Assembly (NCBI GenBank): GCA_047495785.1
Contig: JBLDXI010000028.1
Location: forward strand, 806,001-870,000
Source of the DNA: Lepidodermella squamata
Taxonomy: Eukaryota > Animalia > Gastrotricha
Length of the DNA: 64,000 bases
Direction of reading: 5' to 3'
The translations under genes and the position numbers were made by a program. This document shows positions 26,554-36,575 of the stretch, piece by piece; the first letter of the stretch is position 1, and every line of letters begins with the position of its first letter. The notes beneath the pieces were generated by a model. That model searched no databases. It was given only the letters and a program-made list of their open reading frames with translations, and had not been told where the DNA came from.

Positions 26554-27391
26554 TAATACACCAGTCTTAGTAATAATTATAAAAAACGATACATACTCGA
26601 AACTAAACGTGGCGAAATATGCACGTGTAATGGCGCGAAATAATTCATTAAATTTATGTTGTGAGCGAAATTTTATTTCTTGTCCATATATATTAAAAAA
26701 TGTGATGGTGACTTGAGTCTTGCAATTCGATTTTTTTCAGTGTCGTATATGAAAAAATCGAGATTTATAAATCGTTCGCTTTCGCACTGAAACCAATTTT
26801 GTTGGTTGAGTTTATAAAAAATGATAACTATTGTCTTATTTTTTTCTCGTTAACTGTGAAATTTTTATTGTGTTAATTATTCCAGAAATAATTCCATAAT
26901 GTCATCTCATTGTATTGCGCTTTAACAGGCCAGTCCGGTGGCCTCTCGTGAAATATTCCTATATACATGTTCAAATGTTGCAATTTTTTGTATCTTTTCG
27001 GCTTTTCTTTCGCTCATGTTTTCTCGGATCTACTTATTTATCTTGTATCTCTCTGTGCAATGAAAAATCCATGGCATGCTATTTATTATATTTCTGTGAA
27101 TCCTTGTCTCTGTGGCAGCTTCGTAGCGTTATTTGGGAAATAGTGTGTTATAATTGTATAATGACGATGTTAACCTTGACGAGACGTGCAAAGGCAAGTT
27201 TGCATACGATAGCCAAGTAAAAAAGTTGAAGAATAAAATCACAACTTGTGCATTTCTTGCTAAGTTCGGCTTGGATTTTTGCACGACAGCTGAGAGCCTT
27301 GAATACTTGAGAGCCTGTTGTCGTTCTATTCGGGTAAAAGTTATCGGGGCGAATCGGGGTAACTTGGCCGTATGCATATGACCGAAAATAA

Positions 27392-27577
27392 GTGAAAAGT
27401 GGCGTAAAGTCTGTTGCGGCGTTCCTAGATTTAACGGCCGCCCTCGGCACAGTGTGGCACGTCGGCCTTGTATTACCGAAACTTAAGGAGTCTGGAGCTC
27501 CTAAACCCTTTGTTCATCAATGGCTCGTTAACTTTCTCGACGACAGATCCTTCCGCGTAATCATCCATTACGTATAA
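27392..27577 (+). mobile_element. Non-LTR retrotransposon (LINE) reverse transcriptase fragment
   Basis: AAFLDLTAALGTVWHVGLVLPKL..SG......WLVNFLDDRSFRV matches the LINE RT segment FLDl.aAfDtVwH.gL..KL...G...wi.nfL.dR.frV. The fragment is truncated. Confidence 0.8.
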
Positions 27578-28700
27578 TTAAGGCAGTTGCATTAGGTCCC
27601 GATGCAATTTTTACAAATCTGATCAAAAACACTGGAGGGTCCCATACCATCAAGGGCCACGCGGAAAATTTCTGCAATTTGCATTATATAGCCCTTGCCC
27701 ATTTTCAAATGTCTTGATCTGGTCATATCTGACATATGACAGCAATACTACACGCACATAACAGAAAAAAACGATCACGTGATGAATTGCGGGATGTGCG
27801 GAATGGCTGGAGGAAAAATTGCTGTATTTACGCGCGAATTGGCTAATCAGCATTTTTGTGTTCTGATGATAATCATTTTCAATGAAAACGCCGTTTTAGT
27901 ATGGTTTTCCACGGTGTTCACTCGGAAAAATTCAATTGTATAAGGCAGCAGTTTTGCGACCTTAAGACAATGTGTGGGGGATTCAGCGATGTTTTGGGTG
28001 TACCACGTACCCATCATCAGGCTAGACTCAATTAAAGTTCGCAGATGGAGCCTGATGATGGAGTTGAGATTTGAGTAACCCGTGGTACCCGAAACGTCGC
28101 CCACACATTCCCACACATTAATGGAATAAAGTGACTCGAGGTCGCAAAACTGTTGTCATATAATAGATAATCATTTTGGCGGCAAGATGCGTGCAGACGA
28201 GCATCATCTATACTACCATAGGTCAGGGAGAAACCTTTAATTGCCCCAAGTAAATAGTCACAATCTTTTGACATGGTAATTGGCTGGACCTGCAGCAAAG
28301 TGTCCAAAAGCAGGAGAAGTTCTGTATTAAGATGGTATAAATGCGGGCAGACAGATGCCATCCAAGCCATAGTTCAGAAGGAAACCCCTAATTGCCCCAA
28401 CTAAATCGTAACGCTCTTTCTTCTCCTCCGTAATGTGATGCTTGCGTCTTAATCTGAACACAAAGATTAGCCTTACCTACTATCTATGTCTTGGGCATAG
28501 ACATTTTTTTAATTATGTCTATGGTCTTGGGTCAGAAAACTGACAAATGCCCCGACAAAATCTTCACGCCCTTTCGACTCCTCCGTAATTTCATGTTTGC
28601 GGATTTGATGAGATAGTTGAGACTGCTTATTATAGTAGCATATGGTGCTTCATATGATCTCTTCAAAAATGCACATATATTCCTTTTTGTTTCGCAGATC

Positions 28701-31010
28701 ATGACTGGCTTTTCTTACTTATTCTTTATGTCACTGGCGATATGTGGCATATCTTCGGCGAGAAAAGCTTACAACTTGACAATCCTCCATCTGACTTACA
28801 CAGTGGGAGGCGAGCCGTTGCCCCAGCGAGCTTGCAGAAGCGTCAAAGAGTTTGTCGTAGGAGAAATAAACTTACGAGACGATATCTTACCCGACTATCA
28901 CATCATCAATAGATATGCTGACGATGGGCCAGGAAGTGTATACGATGCCGCTAACGCCATCAATTTCGGTCGAGAAATGGATGAATTATACCAGAAAAGG
29001 GATCGTATATCAAATATTCCAGTAACCTATCAGTCCCCAATCATTCTTGGCGCAACTTACACACCAGGTTGCAAATCTTACGGAGCAATGGTCCACCATT
29101 TGAACAGCGTTGCGATCACATGGGCTTGTCTCAGTCCGATATACACCGCCAATCGGAGTAAGTTTCCCAACATCTACCGTACCAGAGTATCTGCCGAAGT
29201 TTGGAATTACGTTGTCATCGAGTTCCTCAAGGAAAACGATTGGAAGAAGGTCGCGCTGTACGCAAATGCGGACAATTCGTATAACACCATGCTAGCAACT
29301 CATTTCAAACAAATCAGCGATACTTCAGGCATAGATGTCATGTGGTTCAATGTTGCTTCTGGCATAACCCCGGCAATAGTCGAATCAATGAAGATGAGTG
29401 ACGCTAGGATATTCGTGATCCAAGTAGTTGAGTTACCTGTGGTTTATACCCTTTTATGCTTAGCCTACGACTACGGCATAACAGGACATCGATATGTTTT
29501 CCTACTCTCTTTGGCAGTTATCGCTGATCCCGACGCTCTGCCTGACATCATCAGCCCAGGATGTACTCGTTCAATGATAAGAGCCCAATATTTGTCAACT
29601 TTTTGGTTCGGCTCTGTCGCAATACCTTTCGAAGATTATGGAAATTCGACCTTCTTCAACTTGAACCAGAAAGGATTCGATGAGAAGTTAAGTCCACGTT
29701 TGGGAAACTTAACGCGATCCTCGGACTACCTAGAAAGGTATGGATGTTTCGACATTATGCTCCAGGGCGTTCTGGCTCTAGATCATGCTGAGAAAGCCCT
29801 AGCTGTTAAAGGGAAATCCCTTCGAGATTATCCAGAAGATCCTGTCGGAGTGATGCAAATTGTTAATCGAAGTGTTGCTGCGACGGATTACGTAGGCATC
29901 AGAGCCGGTAGGCTGAACTATTCTCAGCGCCTTGAGTATGATGACGAACCAATATATTTTCAATCATGGCGACCTAAAATAGGCTATCAAATGCACTTCA
30001 AGGGGGTAAGATATCAGAACTCTAATGACCTGGGATTTCATTTGGTCAGCTTTTCCAAAATACCATGGGTCACTCCGGATAATCGACCTCCTAGTGACTC
30101 GGCTCATTCAGCTGAGGTTGAGATGGGATTCACTTTTTTTGAAGCTTGTCTGTCAATAGCGGTTTCGTCTTTCGTCGTCTTGGCGAACGCCGGGATGTAT
30201 CTTGCAACTTGGAAAAAGTGTAAAGATAAACCTGTTTTATTAAATCACAGTGTCCTGGCCATGGGTTGCCTGGCACTCGAACTGGCTACAATATTACTGG
30301 CCCTCAATCTCCGCTGGGCTAGTTCTGGAAAGTTGTGCTCCGCCTGGATTTTTCTGCTAGTCTCCGGAGTGTGTTTATTAACAAGCAGTGCTAGCTTCAG
30401 AGTTATAGCCATGAGAAGGCATTATCTTGGCAGAATCTATCCTATTGCTGCCGATTCAATGCCAGTAATTCAAAAACGTTATTCTTCAAATCTACGAAGG
30501 ATGGCTTCCACATTCGAGCTTAATTTTCGATCGGAGCGGATCGTTGCCCTATCATCGATTCATTTCTTGATAATCAATCTTGCCATACTAGCCATTTTAG
30601 TTGTATATGATCAGCCTGCACCTCTAAGATACGAAGACACGGCACGGACACATTATGACTCCGCGGCCGATGTGATAACATATTTCTACGAACGGGCTTG
30701 TTTCTCAAAAACGGGAGGCTACTTCTACATGGCTATAATTCTGATTCATGCGATTTGCCTCTTGCCAGGATCCTGGTCGACCTACGTGCTAAACAAAAGT
30801 CATAAAGCCTTAAAGGCAGTGGATAGGGCTTACAGCATAGTTGTTGCAATAATAACTCCGCTTTTTCTAGCCGCAGTGGTAATCGGCATCATACTTCAGC
30901 CGCATCCAACTGCTCAGCTCATGTCATTCATCGGCTTTTCCTTAGTTATGTCCGTCTCAGTGACTTTCGTTGTATTTGGGCCGGTGGTTTTTGGATGGAC
31001 CAATCAATAG
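28701..31010 (+). CDS. Orphan class C GPCR, GABA-B-receptor-like (Venus flytrap + 7TM, no Cys-rich domain), copy 1, 769 aa, intronless CDS
   Basis: ATG at 28701 follows a likely 5'UTR acceptor (TTCGCAG) and encodes a signal peptide. VFT motifs: EINLRDDILPDYHI, SP..TANRSKFPNIYRT, WKKVA, MKMSDARIF, YGITGHRYVFLL. Seven hydrophobic segments, with Cys at the top of TM3 (LCSAW) and in ECL2 (RACFS), end in VVFGP. Confidence 0.88.
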   Translation: MTGFSYLFFMSLAICGISSARKAYNLTILHLTYTVGGEPLPQRACRSVKEFVVGEINLRDDILPDYHIINRYADDGPGSVYDAANAINFGREMDELYQKRDRISNIPVTYQSPIILGATYTPGCKSYGAMVHHLNSVAITWACLSPIYTANRSKFPNIYRTRVSAEVWNYVVIEFLKENDWKKVALYANADNSYNTMLATHFKQISDTSGIDVMWFNVASGITPAIVESMKMSDARIFVIQVVELPVVYTLLCLAYDYGITGHRYVFLLSLAVIADPDALPDIISPGCTRSMIRAQYLSTFWFGSVAIPFEDYGNSTFFNLNQKGFDEKLSPRLGNLTRSSDYLERYGCFDIMLQGVLALDHAEKALAVKGKSLRDYPEDPVGVMQIVNRSVAATDYVGIRAGRLNYSQRLEYDDEPIYFQSWRPKIGYQMHFKGVRYQNSNDLGFHLVSFSKIPWVTPDNRPPSDSAHSAEVEMGFTFFEACLSIAVSSFVVLANAGMYLATWKKCKDKPVLLNHSVLAMGCLALELATILLALNLRWASSGKLCSAWIFLLVSGVCLLTSSASFRVIAMRRHYLGRIYPIAADSMPVIQKRYSSNLRRMASTFELNFRSERIVALSSIHFLIINLAILAILVVYDQPAPLRYEDTARTHYDSAADVITYFYERACFSKTGGYFYMAIILIHAICLLPGSWSTYVLNKSHKALKAVDRAYSIVVAIITPLFLAAVVIGIILQPHPTAQLMSFIGFSLVMSVSVTFVVFGPVVFGWTNQ

Positions 31011-31849
31011 TTTAAAAATCAAATATTCTTGATGTTGGGAAATGCAGAGACATGAGGCTGATGAGTGAGGGATGAGCCGATCGATAAACGAAAAGGTCTG
31101 GCAAAGAAGACGTACATTAGGTTTTGATTGCACACCCCATTGCAAATCTTTAGCTCCGAGGAAAATTTGTTTCCACCAATTTAATGCTTGCCACAGCGCG
31201 AACGCGTGCCGTCAATATGTTTATAAATACCTGATGTAAATAACGGATGAACATGTATATATAGTAAGCTCTTGTCGTTCTCAGCAGATGTTCTTGTTTT
31301 TGTACATCTACTTGACTTGACTCTTGAATTCTGAACAGGACTGAACTTATCATGGTTTTGTTGCTCGTCTTGTGTGAACACGGTAAAACACCAAAATCCA
31401 ATGACTCAAGAATTTAGCCCGGTTTTTGATTAACATGTAAACTGGTTACTACTAGGTAGCTTATTTTGCACCAAGTTAAACACCGATTTTTTCCCTGTTA
31501 ACTTTTCCCACCTTTTATTTGACTGAAAATATCTCTAACCAAGCTCTCAACGCGATAAATGCTCTTCAATAAACATATCTCGTATTTTGGTTTGTTTTCA
31601 TACCCCTTTCGAGGCAATCCCTTCTAAAATGTGGCCCCGGGCTTATAGCTGAGTACATTACGTCAGCCTTTGCTGTTTGAAGTCAGGAATATTTCATTTT
31701 ATAGGTATTTCATATCACATTCGGAAAAAGCGGAAAAGTAACCATACGTTTACACGTTTCCCCGTGACTTTGGAACGGATGTGAACAAGCCTAAATCGAG
31801 TTATATCAATGACGACAACGAGATATTACCTATGTTATCGACTTCTCAT

Positions 31850-32375
31850 CTGCCAAGGCATGCGATATGTTTTCGCTGCCAAGCCTTATCAAGATTGCCT
31901 GGAGCAATATTTTTCTCACTTGCGTCAAGCTAGTGTGGTTGTGTAATGCCCCCGAGTTGTCTAATTTCTGTTGAAGAAAGGAAGAAATAGCGATCGAATC
32001 CAACTTTATCAGCACCTATGTATATCGGCGAGTGGTCGACCATGACATGTTCTACAAGTGATGAATACCATGTCGGATCAGCTAAAGGATTCCGAACCGG
32101 CAGATGATGCGTTGTGCCAAGTGCCAAGGATTCTTCCAGTCACATTATTTGATGCAAGTTGGCGAGGTGAATTTTTGGCTCAAACCCCTGCAATCGAATT
32201 AGCGCACTATCGAGAGCGTATTTGTTTATTTGATTATGATTTCATTACATTGTGGTACCGCTTGTGAGGCATGCGATGTTTTCACTGCCAAACCTTATCA
32301 GGATTGCCTGGAGCAATATTTTTCTCATTTGTGTCAAGCTGGCATGTTATCTAATACCCCAAAGTTGTCCTGTTG
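31850..32375 (+). repeat. Local direct duplication (~115 bp at ~31855 and ~32267)
   Basis: AGGCATGCGAT...CTGCCAA.CCTTATCA.GATTGCCTGGAGCAATATTTTTCTCA.TTG.GTCAAGCT occurs twice. Confidence 0.7.
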
Positions 32376-32789
32376 GAGAAATTATGGAGAGCGTATTATT
32401 TTTCATTTGATTAGTTCAATAAATGAATAGTAAATTCAGCTTAATTCGGGTGATCGCCCTCTTTCGAACAAACCCAAGATTTTAATGTCTGAAATTTTCC
32501 GATTTTTTTGGACCTAGATGTTTTCATCGGAACAACTATAACTTGTATCTGACTGTTTTTACTTAATTCATCGCAAAGTCAAAAATGGGAATATTTTTAA
32601 CTTGAACCGTCGGAAAAATAGTTACATCGCATATAATGTTACATCACGAGCTCATTTTGTCAGAAAGTTGCTGCTTTCATCGGAATATTTAGGGTGTAGA
32701 TGTTTCACTGCCCTGAAAAATACATAAAATTATGAAATACGATGGACACACTTTTTTAATTTCTGCCAAGCTGTTTTTAAACCGTGTTT

Positions 32790-33830
32790 TAGGCGGCTTC
32801 TGGGTGGTCTTTTACGGGTGGATGGCGCCAAAACGAGACGAACATGTGGATAAGAGCTGGCTATATCACCACGGCCATTATTGCGGGGTTCTGTAATATC
32901 GAGATCATCCGCCTAATGTGCTATTTTCATGTCAAGTTTAATTGCCATAAATGGTTTGGAGGTGAGTTAATTCCTTGAAATTCCGATGTCTTAAGTCAAA
33001 TTTTGCTTTTGAAGACAGCAGACTGGCGCTTTGGTACACGGTTAACGACATGCTCACTCTTTTTCAACTCGCAAGCGATTATGACGAGATAAATTTCCGA
33101 CGCTTTCAATCAAATTTGATAATTTTCCCCTATTTTTGAGGTTTTTACTGTTGTGGCACCTTGTAAAGGCTGAACTTCGAGCCAGTCCTCATGCTGGAAC
33201 CTACGAAGATTTCATCAGCTATTTTGAACCGATCTACATTTACGGTCCATTGTCAGGCTGGTATGAAGGGGCGTCTGATTTCTGCGCCACCAATAGCGGT
33301 AATGAATCGCTCAACAACAGGCTGAAGGCAGAGGAAACCGACCGGGCTGTCCACGCTCCAACGGCTTTCTTGTCCAAAACTGACGACGTTGTCAGTCACT
33401 GGGCAGCAGATTCCGTCCCGTTCGCTACTACGCCTGAGATAACCATTCGCCTCGACAAAGAAGCTTATCAACTTCACACCAAGTTCAAAGATAGCTTTGA
33501 GAAAATCGCCGATAACGGTTGGATTGTTCAGAAACCTGGGTGGAATGTGGATCCTTCGGTCAACGAAGCGCGAGCTTCAGGATCCTGGACCAGTTTGGCT
33601 CAATTCGAAAGCTCCATCGACTTCTGCGGCCTCGTCTACTTCGAAGGTGGTTCGGTTTAATGTACGTGCCGAGGAGGAATGAAGAAGATCCCCTGCCTTC
33701 ACGCTATCGCCTTGGCGCATGAGCTCGGAGAGAGGACCATCGACCCTGAGCTTCAGTCGATTCCGCTTGTACTGCGAGGGAATTGTGGTAGACCTCCTCG
33801 CCATGGCCTTGCCCTTTCACTGGTTCAACA
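32790..33830 (+). pseudogene. Mutator/MULE transposase pseudogene with SWIM zinc finger
   Basis: RLMCYFHV (CxxH motif, ~32910), FISYFE.....WYEGA....TNSGNESLNNRLK (catalytic Glu region), an in-frame stop at 33658-33660 directly before SWIM CTC......PCLHAIAL, then a GRP AT-hook-like motif. Confidence 0.8.
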
Positions 33831-33975
33831 GCGTGGCGCTGCTATCGTAGCCGCCCCTTCAGTCAACGTATACCTTGATGTTCCAGTTGGTCACGAGGTG
33901 GCTACATTATCAACGCGAGGTCGTGGCCGAGGAAGATTTCCGCAACAGCTTTCCAATCAAAGGTTTCATATTTAA

Positions 33976-35016
33976 CACTCTACGTACCGGGCTTTTTAGA
34001 AGAGCCTATTTCTCAAATACCGGCCATTTTTGGACGTGCCGACCAAAAAATTCGACCCTCAGGTTTTCATATTTTCTGAAAGAGGATCGAATTCTAAGAC
34101 TAATGGTCAATGTCCCGGATTTTTGAGATGCACCCATATTACGTAATGTCAAAAAACCTTTACACATATTTGCGTATACGGTCAGATTTTACAAAAGCTT
34201 TACGCACATTTGCGCATGTGGTTATTTTCTGCAAATACAGATTACGCACATAAGCGTATGCGGTACATTTTGCAAAAGCCTCTTACGCAAATATGAGTAT
34301 ACGGCGTTCACTGAAAATATTGTTTCCACAAATGTGCGTATACGGTCGGCAACAGATGGCGCTGTTGAAACTTGGAAATTTTCCATTTTCTACCTATTTT
34401 CAATCTGAATTCGCTCGTTTTGATCACTAAATTTGAAGCTATTCGCCTCATGTCACGTTTCAAACAAGTAATAACGTAAGTATAAAACTATAAAACATTA
34501 AAATCCTAATTTTTCCCGAAACATTTATAATTTCAATAATTTCTAAAAAATTTTTATTTCCATTTCCACAAAACTACAGCGCTGTTTGTCTTGTTCCTCT
34601 GTGTATCAATTGCTACATCCAACACCAAATTTCGTGAAGTTTTCGGAATTTTTTGTTGACTAATCTTGATCATTAAAAATATTGCAAGGATGTGAGGCGG
34701 TAGATTGAAACACGGCGAATTCAATGGTGAATAGGGAAAAAAATCAGAGTTGCCAGAAAATCGATAACCAATAATCGATAATCGATAATCACTGATTTTT
34801 CAGCTAATAAAGAGTTTTTTCGTGATTTTGACTCGAAATTCGTGTTTTTCAGGTGCTAAATGACATAGATGACATGAAGTCATGAATTTTAGGCATTCAC
34901 TCAGCGAGGAAAAAAAATCGTAAAAAAGTGATACTTCTGCATACGCAGATATGTGTATAAGGTAAATTTCTGCAAATTTTCATTTACGCAAATGTGCGTA
35001 TGTGGTACGTAGAGTG
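33976..35016. mobile_element. Intact non-autonomous piggyBac-like element (~1.04 kb)
   Basis: TTAA target sites at 33972-33975 and 35017-35020. Perfect 13-bp TIR CACTCTACGTACC / GGTACGTAGAGTG. Internal TACGCA..T.TGCGTATA repeats. Confidence 0.88.
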
Positions 35017-35792
35017 TTAAGCTGCTATCGAGAGGAATCCGTTGTTGGGAAGCTGTTGCGGGAAACGCTTCTGGTCACAGAACCTCGGGAAAAATCAACG
35101 CCCTAACGCCCGCATCGAGACCTCAAATCGATCGACTGGTGATGCCAATCGATGTAACAGGAATCAAGGTTTTCGAATTTAAACGGAATTCGTGCCATAG
35201 GAGTTAAGAATTCTCCCAGTAAAATTGAGAGATGAATTATTTGATATAAAATTGGCGACGAGGTGAATTTTGTCAAACTTAACTCACTCCACACGCCCCA
35301 GCTATGGGATTAGCGCACTACTGAAGGCGGATTTATCATTTGAATAGATTGGATAATTCACAAGTAAATTCAGTTTAATTCGAGTGGTTGTCCTCTACCG
35401 AACAATTCCATGATTTTGATGTTTGAAATTTGCCGAAAATTTAATATAATAAAACTGAATTACGAATACCAGCAACTTCAAGACATTTTTTTGCAGTACG
35501 ATGTGCACTCACGGTAGGATGATTAGCGGAGAGAGAACAGATAAAGACCACACGAAACAGTGAAAATTGCGAGAATTCCGCGTGCTCAGCCTGGGCGGGT
35601 GTAAACACGTCGAATTTAGTTAAGCAATTTGGAGTCGTCTTTGCGGCTAGATGTTTGCACTACACGCAGCAGGTTTTTCAAGTCGAGCTCGAGCGCAACC
35701 TTCCATCTAAAGAGCATTATTCGCTTTTTCAGTTTCGTCAGTTTCAGTATCCTTTAGTATCCAACTACATTATTGAAATTGTATTAGTCATC

Positions 35793-36121
35793 ATGCTAGC
35801 TAAGATAATCGTCGTAGTTGTTATCGCAGCCATGGTTTGCGAAGTGAAGCCAGGTAATGATGAATTTCCCATATTCATTTCATATGAGGAATCCTTTCTT
35901 GTCATTCAGTCCAATACAGATCATTTCCGCAGCCAATGTGCGACACGAGACCTGAGCGCATCATCGAGGTCATCAAGGGTATAAGCCAAACTGCATGTGC
36001 CGCTAGATGCGACGCAAAGAGACCCGCATGCAAGGCATTCTATTCGCTTCCTGACCGCCCGTCGGACTGCATTCTGCTGAACGATTGCGCCACGTACAAT
36101 ACCTATGTCGCCCTAGCTTGA
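35793..36121 (+). CDS. Small secreted PAN/apple-like Cys-rich protein (~90 aa), paralog of 23114-23461
   Basis: Exon 35793-35853 encodes MLAKIIVVVVIAAMVCEVKP. After a 56-nt phase-1 intron, exon 35910-36121 encodes VQYRSFPQPMCDTRPERIIEVIKGISQTACAARCDAKRPACKAFYS......CILLNDC... Confidence 0.82.
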
Positions 36122-36575
36122 AGAAATGTCACATTGGCGAGAAAAAGATCAATGGGAAAGAAGAGATGGGAAAAGTGTGAATGCTATATTGTCCTTGCGG
36201 AAGAATTTAAGTAAATCTAAATTGATTGGATCCAATATTGTATATCTGCTCCGAAATAAGCAAAATCATATTGATAGGTTTTTCATTATTTTGACCGTAA
36301 ACAGGACAAGCTGGCTTGAAATATACATTAACCCAGAACTCAAGCTTATATTCTATATTCCGCGGCTCCGAAGTAATCAGCGAAAAGGCATGAAGAACAG
36401 ACTATGTTCAACTTGACAATTCAATCATGATAATTAAAAGGAGCATCAGCAATGCTTCTACGCCCTCACAAACTGGCTACCTGTTTTTTGCCAATATAAG
36501 GTTAAGAGAAAGTAGAAAACGGAAAGGAGGAGAATTTTTTATTCAAAAGCAGTTCGCGCTTATTGATGCAGTGTC

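Noticed and set aside
28617-28700. N-terminal extension of GPCR copy 1 in the ORF track (797 aa)
   Set aside because: It starts at TTG and crosses a likely 5'UTR intron acceptor. ATG 28701 matches the paralog start and gives a signal peptide.
31100-31400. Possible second LINE RT fragment (IGGNKFSSELKICNGV) on the minus strand
   Set aside because: Too short and degenerate to support without a search.
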